Source: an uncultured Solirubrobacterales bacterium
Lineage (GTDB): Bacteria > Actinomycetota > Thermoleophilia > Solirubrobacterales > Solirubrobacteraceae
DNA: 64,000 nt
NCBI GenBank assembly: GCA_963723675.1
Contig: CAVRRW010000007.1
Coordinates: 134,527-198,526 of the forward strand
Reading direction: 5' to 3'
The translations under genes were made by a program, and so were the position numbers. This document shows, piece after piece, positions 48,507 through 57,157 of this stretch (position 1 is its first letter; each line of letters opens with the position of its first letter). The notes under the pieces are model-generated. The model was given only the letters and a program-made list of their open reading frames with translations. It was not told the origin of the DNA and made no database searches.

Positions 48507-49514
48507 CTCGCGCGGGTCGAGCCCTATCACCTCGGCCAGCAGCTCGTAGGAGTGCCGCCGCGCCTGGTGGTCGTAGGTGATCGTGACCGCGATCACCTCC
48601 TCCGCGTCGTACTCGTCGGCCAGCCGCTGCACCCCGGCGCGCACCTTCTCGGGCGAGCCGATGATCGCTCGGCGGCCCGGCACCGCGCTGTCCACCGTCT
48701 TGCGCTCGCGCGCGAGGAACTCCAAGGCCCGCTCGGGAGGCGGCACGGCGATCAGCCGGTTGCGGCGCAGCAGCATCATCGTCATCCGGCTGCTTGAGGC
48801 CAGCCGCTGGGCCTCCTCGTCGGTGTCCGCGCAGAGGATCCATGCCGCCACCGCAGTGCGCGGCGCCGGCAAGTCGGCTGTCGGCTCAAAACGCTCCCGG
48901 TACATCGTCGCGATCTCGGCGCCGCCGGGATTGATGAAGTCGGCGAACGCGTAGGGCAGCGCCAGCTGACCGGCCCATATCGCACTCTGGGGCGAGGACC
49001 CCAGCAGCCATACGGCCGGCAGCTCGGGCAGGCCAGGCAACACGGCGGCCAGGTGATGAAAGGGATGATCCTCCGGAAGCGAGTCTTCGAAGTAGGCGAG
49101 CAGCTCGGCGAGCTGCTGGGGGAAGTCGTCGGGCGCGGCCTGGCGCCGGTCGCGCTGCAGGGCAAACGTCGTCATCGGGTCGGTGCCGGCCGCGCGTCCG
49201 AGCCCGAGGTCGATCCGGCCGGGAAACAGCGCCGCCAGGATCGTGAACGTCTCGGCCACCTTGAGCGGGCTGTAGTGAGGCAGCATCACGCCGCCGCTGC
49301 CGACTCTGATCTCCGTGGTCGCGGCCGCGATCGGCCCGATCAGCGCCTCCGGGCTGGCGCTCGCCAGCATCGGTCCGCCGTGATGCTCGGCCACCCAGTA
49401 GCGGTGGTAGCCCAGCTCGTCGGCCAGGCGCGCGAGGTCGAGCGTGTTGCGGAGCGCGTCGGCGCCGGTGGATCCCTCCGGGATCGGCGATTGGTCCAGT
49501 ACGGAGAGGCGCAC
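48486..49514 (-). CDS. LLM-class (luciferase-like, YhbW-type) oxidoreductase
   Basis: LSVLDQSP, WVAEHH, VGSGGVMLPHYSPLKVAE, GRIDLGLGRA, LLGSS. Confidence 0.92.
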   Translation of the reverse strand: MRLSVLDQSPIPEGSTGADALRNTLDLARLADELGYHRYWVAEHHGGPMLASASPEALIGPIAAATTEIRVGSGGVMLPHYSPLKVAETFTILAALFPGRIDLGLGRAAGTDPMTTFALQRDRRQAAPDDFPQQLAELLAYFEDSLPEDHPFHHLAAVLPGLPELPAVWLLGSSPQSAIWAGQLALPYAFADFINPGGAEIATMYRERFEPTADLPAPRTAVAAWILCADTDEEAQRLASSSRMTMMLLRRNRLIAVPPPERALEFLARERKTVDSAVPGRRAIIGSPEKVRAGVQRLADEYDAEEVIAVTITYDHQARRHSYELLAEVIGLDPRELAAASA

Positions 49515-49642
49515 TCCTTCATGGTAGGCATCCGCCAGAAGCCGGACTCAGCCCGAAGTCGATCTGAGTCCAGTTCGTCTATCTGGCCCCCCTGGTCGAT
49601 CTTCCGCGCCGGCTTCGGCTGAGGCTCAAGCTTCGCCGGCGC

Positions 49643-50593
49643 CTACTGCCCGCCGCCGAGCCCGGTGGTGAAGCCGACGCGGTAGCTCGGATATCGCGGA
49701 GACCAGCCGAGCTCGCGCTTGGCCTTTGCGTTGGAGATGCCGCGGATCTGGGTCATCATCGAGACCACCACTTCGCCGGCGAGCAGTCGCCCGACCCACA
49801 GCGGGATCCTGCGCGGCGGCTTGGCCCCGACCGCGGCGGCGAGCGCGGGCAGCCAGTCCGAGACGGGTGCGGGCTCATCGTCGGCGACGTTGTAAACGCC
49901 CGGGTCGCCGCGGTCGACCGCGGCGACGGTTGCGGCCGCGGCGTCGTCGATGTGCAGGAACGACCAGATGCCGGTGCCGGCGCCGATGATCGGCAGGCGA
50001 CGCTTACGGACCAGCTCGGTCATCTCGCCGTCGTAGGCAGCGGATGTCCCCGGTCCGTAGAAGCCCGCGTAGCGCAGCACGACACCCTCGATCTCGCCGG
50101 CGCCCAGGACGGCGGACTCGAGATGGCGGATCGCGCTCAGGGACTGTCGCTGCGCGGCGGGCGGCGACGGGTCAAGGGAGTCCTCCTCGCTCTTGGCGAC
50201 GGCGCCCGCGCGCGCGTAGTTCCAGCCGCCAAAGCTCTGGGCGATGAACCGGCGCGCTTCCGCGGCCTGGGCGGCCTCGAGCAGGGCGTCGGTGCCCTCC
50301 GTGCGCAGCCTGTTGGTGAGCGCGAACTCGCGATCGAACTTCCTGAGGTTGGTGACGCCGGTCAGCGCGGTCATCTGATGGATCACCGCTTCGGGCGCGG
50401 CTCGCGCCACTGCCTTGATGACCGCCTGGCGATCGAACGCATCCGCAACCGCCGCCTGGGCGCCGAGCTCCTGGAGGGCAGCGGCCTTGCCCGGCGATCG
50501 GGTCATCGCGACGACCTCATGGCCGCCGTTCACCAACTGGGTCACAAGCCGCTTGCCCAGGACGCCACTGCCACCGGCGATGAAGATCTTCAT
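49643..50593 (-). CDS. NAD-dependent epimerase/dehydratase family protein
   Basis: KIFIAGGSGVLG, NRLRTEGT, LRYAGFYGPG, SFLHIDDAA, YNVADDEP. Confidence 0.9.
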   Translation of the reverse strand: MKIFIAGGSGVLGKRLVTQLVNGGHEVVAMTRSPGKAAALQELGAQAAVADAFDRQAVIKAVARAAPEAVIHQMTALTGVTNLRKFDREFALTNRLRTEGTDALLEAAQAAEARRFIAQSFGGWNYARAGAVAKSEEDSLDPSPPAAQRQSLSAIRHLESAVLGAGEIEGVVLRYAGFYGPGTSAAYDGEMTELVRKRRLPIIGAGTGIWSFLHIDDAAAATVAAVDRGDPGVYNVADDEPAPVSDWLPALAAAVGAKPPRRIPLWVGRLLAGEVVVSMMTQIRGISNAKAKRELGWSPRYPSYRVGFTTGLGGGQ

Positions 50594-50626
50594 GATCGGC
50601 TCCTTCGATTTGCTCTTGCGCTCTTA

Positions 50627-50653
50627 GACAATCGAGCGCCCTCGCTTGTGACA
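50627..50653 (-). promoter_or_regulatory. Candidate ECF41 (SigJ-type) promoter
   Basis: The minus strand reads TGTCACA-N16-TGTC upstream of the epimerase gene; the ECF41 consensus is TGTCACA-n16-CGTC. Confidence 0.6.
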
Positions 50654-50660
50654 GCTTCTC

Positions 50661-51437
50661 TCAGCGCTGCTCGCGGGGGCACCAGCACGCGGTGCGCCCT
50701 GCGATCGTCGCGCGCCGCAGGAGGGTGCCGCAGCGCGGACAGACGGCCGCGCGGTCGTCGCGCACACGCGTGAGCCAGCGCCTGCCGCGGGGGACACGGC
50801 CGTAGCGAACGGACTCTCCAATCGCGGCACGCAGCGCCTCGTAGACGCGCCGCCGGCGGGCCGGACCGAGCGATCTGACCTCCCTGGCCGGATGCACGCC
50901 CGCCCGCCACAGGATCTCGTCGGACAGGAGGTTGCCGATCCCGGCAATCAGCCGCTGGTCCATCAGCGCCGCCTTGATCGCACCGCGGCGTCCCCCCATC
51001 AGCCGCTCGAACTGCTGTTGATCCAGAGCCGCCGCATCGGGGCCGAGCGGTCCGGTCACCGCGTCGCGTTCGCCGGCGTCGCGGGCCACCCACACGCCCC
51101 CGAACCGCCGCATGTTGTTGTACCGGAGCTCCCCTCCTTCGCAGACCAGGATCAGGCGATCGTGGCGATGGCGTTCCGCGCGATCGAGCGACCAGCGCAG
51201 CTCGCCGGTCATTCCGAAGTGCAGCAAGAGCTCGACGTCGCCGACGGGAGCGATCAACCACTTGCCGTGACGCCGCGGAGCGGCCACGGTCTGTCCGTGG
51301 AGAGCGCGCCCCAGGCCCTGTGGCGTGCGGTTGCGGACGATCTCGCGATCGGGCACGTCGACGCGGGCGATGCGGCGGCCCTGGGCGTGACGTGCCAGGT
51401 AGCGGCGGAACCCCTCGACGTCGGGAAGCTCCGGCAA
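50661..51437 (-). CDS. mutM: Fpg/Nei-family DNA glycosylase
   Basis: N-terminal PELPDVE, RRHGKW, HFGMTG, LGPDA, IAGIGNLLSDEILW, C-terminal zinc finger. Confidence 0.9.
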   Translation of the reverse strand: MPELPDVEGFRRYLARHAQGRRIARVDVPDREIVRNRTPQGLGRALHGQTVAAPRRHGKWLIAPVGDVELLLHFGMTGELRWSLDRAERHRHDRLILVCEGGELRYNNMRRFGGVWVARDAGERDAVTGPLGPDAAALDQQQFERLMGGRRGAIKAALMDQRLIAGIGNLLSDEILWRAGVHPAREVRSLGPARRRRVYEALRAAIGESVRYGRVPRGRRWLTRVRDDRAAVCPRCGTLLRRATIAGRTACWCPREQR

Positions 51438-51455
51438 CGGCTCCCGCCGCCCGGC

Positions 51456-51980
51456 TCAGGCCGGCACGATCGCGCCGCGCGAGTCCCCCGGCTTGACCGG
51501 CGCCTCGCGCGTGGCCTGCTGGGGCGCGGGCGCGGTGGCCTCGCGCTCATCGGCGTGCACGACCAGGACCGGGATCGGGCTGTGGTTGAGGGCGTAATGG
51601 CTGACGCTTCCCAGCAGCGAGGAGGCAAACGCGCCGCGCCCCCGCGAGCCGACCACGAGCAGGTCGTGGTGTCCCTCCACGATCCGGGCCTGCAGCGCAT
51701 CGCGGATCGGCCGGCGCGTGAGGATCGTGGTCACCGGCACCGAGTCCGGTACACGGTGCTCGGCGGCACGCAGGATCTCCTGCGATTCGCGCTCGAGCTC
51801 GCGGTCCAGAGGGGGCGGCGCGGGGACGGCGAGCGACGCGCACATCCACGTCGGAGACTTCGGGATCGCGGTGAGGATCGTCAGGCGAGCGCCACTTGAC
51901 GCCGCGATGTCGATCGCCTCTGAGAGGGCCCGTTCCGCGTGCGGGGAGCCATCGACGCTGACAAGAATGTTGTGGAACAC
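51456..51980 (-). CDS. Universal stress protein (Usp)
   Basis: ILVSVDGSPHAERAL, DLLVVGSRGRG, LLGSVS, PVLVVH; GTG 51980. Confidence 0.9.
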   Translation of the reverse strand: MFHNILVSVDGSPHAERALSEAIDIAASSGARLTILTAIPKSPTWMCASLAVPAPPPLDRELERESQEILRAAEHRVPDSVPVTTILTRRPIRDALQARIVEGHHDLLVVGSRGRGAFASSLLGSVSHYALNHSPIPVLVVHADEREATAPAPQQATREAPVKPGDSRGAIVPA

Positions 51981-52001
51981 GACTTGCCTTTCCGAGGCAA
52001 A

Positions 52002-52032
52002 GCTTAGCATGCCAACGGTTGTCATGCCAAGC
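52002..52032. promoter_or_regulatory. 31-bp palindrome, candidate MarR operator
   Basis: GCTTAGCATGCCAAC-G-GTTGTCATGCCAAGC (13 of 15 arm positions match), between the divergent usp and marR genes. Confidence 0.7.
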
Positions 52033-52053
52033 ATAGCTGGTACCCTGATTCTC

Positions 52054-52545
52054 ATGGATGCGTATGTGCGCGCGCAACCGATGATCGAAGAGGTGGACGG
52101 CACCGATGCGTTCCTGACCTCGTTCGATGCCTTCGCACAGGCCGTGCGGAGGGCCCGAGGCGCCAACTCGCAGTCGGCGGAGAACGGCACCCTGACGCTG
52201 TCTCAGTACGCGCTCCTGCAGGCGCTGGCGACGCGCAATCAGGCCCGCGTGCAGGAGCTGGCCGCCGAGGCGGGGATCACGGCGTCGACCGCGACCCGCA
52301 TCCTCGACGCGCTCGAACGCCGCTCCATCATCCATCGCACCCGTTCGCCCCACGACCGTCGCGTGGTCACGGTCACGCTGACCGAGTTCGGGCGGGAGGC
52401 GCTCAGCCACCAGGACGAGTGGATGCGCTGGCGCCAGCGCGCGTTCTACGCGACCCTCCCGGAAGTCGAGCGCGGGCTTGCCCCCGACCTGCTGATGCGG
52501 CTCGCGGCGCTGATCGACGAGCTCGCCGCGGGCCCGGACTCCTGA
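52054..52545 (+). CDS. MarR-family regulator
   Basis: LTLSQYALL, ELAAEAGITASTATRILDALERRSII.R, DRRVVTVTLTE.G. Confidence 0.9.
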   Translation: MDAYVRAQPMIEEVDGTDAFLTSFDAFAQAVRRARGANSQSAENGTLTLSQYALLQALATRNQARVQELAAEAGITASTATRILDALERRSIIHRTRSPHDRRVVTVTLTEFGREALSHQDEWMRWRQRAFYATLPEVERGLAPDLLMRLAALIDELAAGPDS

Positions 52546-52705
52546 CGCGGCGCCGTGTGAGGCTCGCCCCCGCTGCGCCAGCTGCCCGACGGTCAGCTCT
52601 GCTCCTCTACGGATCCCTGGCGCCGACGCGGGTCGACCCCCCGTCTGTCGGGTTTAAGGGCCCCCGACCTTTGGTGTCACGGCGCCCCTCGGTGAGGTTA
52701 CTCGC

Positions 52706-53713
52706 GTGACTGCCACCGTTCCCACGAGCGATCCGCGGCCACGGGAGCCCGCGCGGCCGCCGGGCCGCGCCGGCGCCGCGATCGCATCGGTCGGAGTGAG
52801 ACTCCCCGGGAGGGTCGTCTCCAACGCCGAGATCGCGCCGCGAATCGGCGTCAGCGACGAGTGGATCGTCCGTCGCACGGGGATTCGCTCGCGCCACATC
52901 GCCGAGCCTCAGGAGCGCCTCACGACCCACGCGATCGACGCCGGCGCGGCGGCGCTGGAGCGGGCGCGGGTGTCGCCGGCGGACCTCGATCTGGTGCTCG
53001 TCGCGACGACCACCGCCGACGAGCTGATGCCCAACGCCGCTCCGCTGGTCGCCCACGGACTTGGCGCATTACGCGCCGGCGCGTTCGATATCGGGGCGGC
53101 CTGCACGGGCTTCCTGTCGGCCCTCGCGGTCGGCGTCGCCCAGCTCGAGGCCGGCCGTGGCGGCGCCGTGCTCGTGATCGGAGTGGACTTCATGTCGCGG
53201 ATCACCGATCCCGACGACCGCGCGACTGCCGCGGTGTTTGCCGACGGCGCGGGCGCCGTGGTGCTGCGGGCGACGGGGTACCCCGGCCGGATCGGGCCGA
53301 TCGTGCTCGGCGCCGACGGCGCCGGCGCCGACCACATCTTCGCCGAGCGCGCGGGCGGGATGATCCGGATGCGCGGACACGAGACGTTCCGCGAGGCGGT
53401 GGCGCGGTTGACACTCTGCACCCTGCAGGCGACGCGGGCCGCGGGCCTGCGGATCGATGACATCGACCTGTTCGTCTATCACCAGGCCAACGGCCGGATC
53501 CTCAGCGCGGTCGGCGAAAGGCTCAATCTCCCGCCAGAACGGGTAGTAGATTGCATCGGCCAGTACGGCAACACATCCGCGGCCACGCTGCCGCTGGCGC
53601 TCGCGTTCAGCGACGCGGAGGGACGCTTGGCGCGCGGTGACCGGGTCCTGCTCGGCGCGTTCGGGGCCGGCTTCACCTGGGGCGCCACCGTTGTCCAATG
53701 GGGGATGCCATGA
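52706..53713 (+). CDS. fabH: 3-oxoacyl-[ACP] synthase III (KAS III)
   Basis: WIVRRTGIRSRH, DIGAACTGF (Cys), YHQAN (His), GNTSAA (Asn), FGAGFTWG. Confidence 0.92.
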   Translation: MTATVPTSDPRPREPARPPGRAGAAIASVGVRLPGRVVSNAEIAPRIGVSDEWIVRRTGIRSRHIAEPQERLTTHAIDAGAAALERARVSPADLDLVLVATTTADELMPNAAPLVAHGLGALRAGAFDIGAACTGFLSALAVGVAQLEAGRGGAVLVIGVDFMSRITDPDDRATAAVFADGAGAVVLRATGYPGRIGPIVLGADGAGADHIFAERAGGMIRMRGHETFREAVARLTLCTLQATRAAGLRIDDIDLFVYHQANGRILSAVGERLNLPPERVVDCIGQYGNTSAATLPLALAFSDAEGRLARGDRVLLGAFGAGFTWGATVVQWGMP

Positions 53714-53807
53714 CCGGCTTCACCCGGGGCGTCACCGTTGTCCAGTGGGGGATGCCATGACCGGCTTCACCCGGGGAGCCACCGTCGTCCAATGGGGGAC
53801 GCCATGA
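53667..53807. repeat. 47-bp tandem triplication of the fabH 3' end ending in ATGA
   Basis: CCGGCTTCAC...GGGGA(T/C)GCCATGA at 53667, 53714 and 53761; the copies have diverged slightly. Confidence 0.95.
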
Positions 53808-54931
53808 CGCGGATCAACGGCGGCGTCCTGATCTCCGGAGCGACGGGATTCGTCGGGATGGAGCTGCTCGCACGCTACCTGGAGCGGGGAGATCGGCGCG
53901 TGTTCGCGCTCGTGCGCGCGCGCGACGATGAAGCGGCCCGCGAGCGGATCGACTCGGTCCTGGCAAACCTGTTCGGATCCCGCGGAGCCCGACGCTACGC
54001 CGACCGCGTCGAGCCGGTTGCCGCCGAGCTGACCGAGCCCGGACTGGGGCTGGGGACTCGCCGCAGCAAAGAGCTGGCCGACCAGGTCTCGACGATCCTG
54101 CACAGCGCCGCCTCGGTCTCGTTCACGCTGCCGCTGCAGGAGGCGCGCGAGATCAACCTCGATGGCACACGCCGGATGCTCGAGTTTGCACGGGTCGTCC
54201 AGGAGCGAGACGGACTCGAGCGCTACGGACACGTATCGACCGCGTACGTGGCCGGGACGCACGTCGGGCGCTTTGCCGAATCCGACCTCGACGTCGGCCA
54301 GAGCTTCAACAACTCCTACGAGCAGTCCAAGTTCGAGGCCGAGCAGCTGGTGCGGTCGCTGCCCGAGATCCCGGCGACGATCATGCGCCCGAGCATCATC
54401 GTCGGCGATCGTCGCAGCGGCTGGACGTCGGCGTTCAACGTCCTCTACTGGCCGCTGCGGGCTTTCGCGCGCGGGCTGTTCGAGGCCGTCCCCGCGATCC
54501 CCTCGGCGCCGGTCGACGTCGTCTCGGTGGACTACGTGGCCGATGGGATCTACGAGCTGTGCGAGCGCTCCGGCGGGATCGGCGAGACCTACCACCTGAC
54601 CGCCGGCGCGCAGGCGAGCACGATCGGCGAGATCTCGCAGCTCGCCAGCCATTACTTCCGGCGCCCCGCCCCGAAGGTGCTCTCTCCCGACGAGTTCGAG
54701 GCGCTCCAGGGGGGTTCCAACGGCGGCACCACGATCGAGGGCGGTCGCGCGTACTTCCCGTACTTCTCGATGAGAGCGGTATTCGACGACGCTGCCACCA
54801 GGGAGCGCCTCGAGCCAGCCGGCATCCACGTGACGCCCCTGCGCGACTACATGGAACGACTGCTGGACTTCGCCACCAGGAGCCGCTGGGGGAAGCGACC
54901 GATCGCTCGGGTCGAGGCGCTCGCGCCCTGA
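53804..54931 (+). CDS. Stand-alone thioester/fatty acyl-CoA reductase-like SDR (NAD_binding_4)
   Basis: LISGATGFVG, LHSAASVSF, NLDGT, HVSTAYVAG, YEQSKFEAE, RPSIIVG, VVSVDYVA. Confidence 0.85.
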   Translation: MTRINGGVLISGATGFVGMELLARYLERGDRRVFALVRARDDEAARERIDSVLANLFGSRGARRYADRVEPVAAELTEPGLGLGTRRSKELADQVSTILHSAASVSFTLPLQEAREINLDGTRRMLEFARVVQERDGLERYGHVSTAYVAGTHVGRFAESDLDVGQSFNNSYEQSKFEAEQLVRSLPEIPATIMRPSIIVGDRRSGWTSAFNVLYWPLRAFARGLFEAVPAIPSAPVDVVSVDYVADGIYELCERSGGIGETYHLTAGAQASTIGEISQLASHYFRRPAPKVLSPDEFEALQGGSNGGTTIEGGRAYFPYFSMRAVFDDAATRERLEPAGIHVTPLRDYMERLLDFATRSRWGKRPIARVEALAP

Positions 54932-55082
54932 GCGAGCGCGGCGGGCGCTGCGGAGCGAGCCCCCAAGCCGGCGCCCCGTCCCCAGCCGGCGCCCCCCTCT
55001 CCGCGGCGCCCGCCCCCCAGCCGGGGGGTCGTGCGGCGCAGCGGGTTGTCGGGCCAGGGGACCGCGGGCATGCTCAGCTCAG

Positions 55083-55313
55083 ATGCTGGCCGACACGGCC
55101 CGATTCCGCGCAGACGACCCCGACGTGCTCGTCACCGCCTCGCTGGCGTGTCCCGTCTGCCTGCGCGCCGATGGGGTGCGATGGGACGCCGCGCTCGACG
55201 GATACGATCCGTTCGTCGAATGCCGTTGTCCGAGCTGCGATCACAGCTGGCGTGTCTATCTGGCGCCGCAACAGGCCCTGCGCCTGGGCCTGATGAACGC
55301 GCACGGCCGCTAG
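55083..55313 (+). CDS. Small zinc-ribbon protein
   Basis: CPVC...CRCPSC within 76 aa. Confidence 0.65.
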   Translation: MLADTARFRADDPDVLVTASLACPVCLRADGVRWDAALDGYDPFVECRCPSCDHSWRVYLAPQQALRLGLMNAHGR

Positions 55314-55382
55314 CGCCAAGCGATCGCCCGCCGGGCGGGTTGGCATCTCCGTCTCGCCCGGCGAGAGGGTAACTCCACCGCC

Positions 55383-56537
55383 ATGGACGCTTCGATCGAG
55401 CGGGATCGCACCACGGGCGCCTCCACGGAGCAGGATCGCACCGCCGTGGGCATCGAGGCGCTCGAGCTGTTCGTCGGCGTGCTTTCGCAATCGGAGGGAG
55501 GGCCGCCCAGCGGCGAGGCGTTCTACGGTCGCCTGTGCGATGCGGTATGTCGCCTGGCTCGGATGCGGCGGGCGATCATCTTCCGCTACGACCCTGCCCG
55601 CCGCCGGGTGCGCGCGGTCGGCTCGCACGGGGTCGACCTCGAGCAGTTCGCCGAGGCGCACGTCACCGTCGAGTCCGCGCCGATCGCGGCTCGTGCCCTG
55701 CAGGAGGACCGCGTCGTGGAGATCGCCGGCGACGTCACCGACCAGTTCCCGGCGGAGTACGCCGGCCTGTTCCCCGAGCCCGTTCGCCTGGTCTGTGCCC
55801 CGATGGCGGCGGCGGGTCGTGCGATCGGCGTGATCTTCGCCGACCGCCTGATGCCGGCGCCGCCGCTCCACGACGCCGACCGCTACCTGCTGTGGACGCT
55901 GGGCAAGGCCGCGGCGCTCGCCTCGGTCGCGCGGATTGTCGCCACGCAGGCGGAGACCGCGCGCCAGCTCGAGCACCGGATCGACCTCGCGCGCGAGATC
56001 CACGAGGGCGTCATCCAGCGGCTGTTCGGCGTGTCGATGGCCCTCGACGGGGAGGGCGATCTGCCAAGCGATGCCCGGCAGCGCTGTGCCTCGGAGACCC
56101 AGGCGGCGCTGGTCGATCTGCGGCTGGCGCTGCAACGGCCATTGGGCCGCACGCCGCGCGCGACTCAGACCACGTTCGCCGCCGAGGTCAAACGCCTCGC
56201 GGGCATGCATCCCGAGCTGAATATGACGCTCGAACAGGGAGACGGCGACGAGGTGCCGGCGGCGCTGGAGCCGCTCGCGCAGTCGGTCCTCGCCGAGGCC
56301 GTGCGCAACGCTCACAAGCACGCCAAGCCCAACCAGGTCCGGATTCGCGTGCAGCGACGCAACGGCACGTTCGTGCTCGAGGTCGCCAACGACGGGGTCA
56401 ACGGACGCCAACGACGGCCGGGGATGGGCCTGCGGCTGGCCGCGCTCGAGGCTCTGCAGAGCGGCGGGGTGGTCGAGTTCGGCGAGCGCGAGCCGGGGAC
56501 CTGGCAGGTGCGCCTGGTCGTTCCACACGATGGCTGA
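55383..56537 (+). CDS. GAF-domain sensor histidine kinase (HisKA_3 type)
   Basis: N-terminal GAF, H-box AREIHEGVIQRLF, N-box EAVRNAHKHA, NDG and GMGL boxes. Confidence 0.88.
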   Translation: MDASIERDRTTGASTEQDRTAVGIEALELFVGVLSQSEGGPPSGEAFYGRLCDAVCRLARMRRAIIFRYDPARRRVRAVGSHGVDLEQFAEAHVTVESAPIAARALQEDRVVEIAGDVTDQFPAEYAGLFPEPVRLVCAPMAAAGRAIGVIFADRLMPAPPLHDADRYLLWTLGKAAALASVARIVATQAETARQLEHRIDLAREIHEGVIQRLFGVSMALDGEGDLPSDARQRCASETQAALVDLRLALQRPLGRTPRATQTTFAAEVKRLAGMHPELNMTLEQGDGDEVPAALEPLAQSVLAEAVRNAHKHAKPNQVRIRVQRRNGTFVLEVANDGVNGRQRRPGMGLRLAALEALQSGGVVEFGEREPGTWQVRLVVPHDG

Positions 56538-57147
56538 GGAGACCCGTAGCCCCGAGCGGCTGCGGGTGCTCGTTGTCGACGACCACGACGTCGTGCACTG
56601 GGGGTTTCGCCTGATGCTCACCCAGCAGACCTGGGTCGAGCGCTGCGTAAGCGCTCATACCGGCGCCGAGGCGATCCGGCTCGCGTCGCGCTACCGCCCG
56701 CACGTCGCCCTCGTCGACCTGTTCATCGGCGAGGAGTCCGGCGCGGAGATCTGCGAGCAGCTGCGGGCGGCGGAGCCGAGCACGCGCGTGCTGCTGTTCT
56801 CGGGCGCCGGCGAGATCTCACCGCACGCCGCCCGCGCGGCCGGCGCATCCGGATTCGCCTACAAGGACTGGTCGGCGGCGCGAATCGCCGCCGCCGTCCG
56901 TGCGGTCGGACTCGGCAAGGCAGTGTTCGATCGTCACGACCGCCAGGGCGAGCTGGGTCTGACAGAGCGCGAGCGCGCGGTGCTGGCGCTGATGGCGTCG
57001 GGCGCGACCAACCCGGAGATCGCCGACACGCTCCACCTCTCAAAGCACACCGTCAAGGAACACACCAGCGCCGTATACCGCAAGCTGGGCGTGCGCAACC
57101 GCACCGAGGCGGTGCAGCGAGGTCAACGCCTGGGACTGCTGGCCTAG
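56530..57147 (+). CDS. NarL/LuxR-family response regulator
   Basis: VVDDHDVV, ALVDL (phospho-Asp), YK; HTH LTERERAVL..GATNPEIA..LHLSKHTVKEH. Confidence 0.93.
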   Translation: MAEETRSPERLRVLVVDDHDVVHWGFRLMLTQQTWVERCVSAHTGAEAIRLASRYRPHVALVDLFIGEESGAEICEQLRAAEPSTRVLLFSGAGEISPHAARAAGASGFAYKDWSAARIAAAVRAVGLGKAVFDRHDRQGELGLTERERAVLALMASGATNPEIADTLHLSKHTVKEHTSAVYRKLGVRNRTEAVQRGQRLGLLA

Positions 57148-57157
57148 TCTTTTCAGC

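Noticed and set aside
54935-55050. C-rich CCCAGCCGGCGCCCC-like repeats after the reductase as a terminator or element
   Set aside because: They are imperfect low-complexity repeats with no U-tract and no second locus.
55383-56537. DosS/DevS-like heme CO/O2 sensor for the cox operon
   Set aside because: The H-box resembles DosS, but there is only one GAF domain and no His at the position of the DosS heme ligand (FPPYHPPM is here FPAEYAGLFPEP). It is also more than 20 kb from cox.
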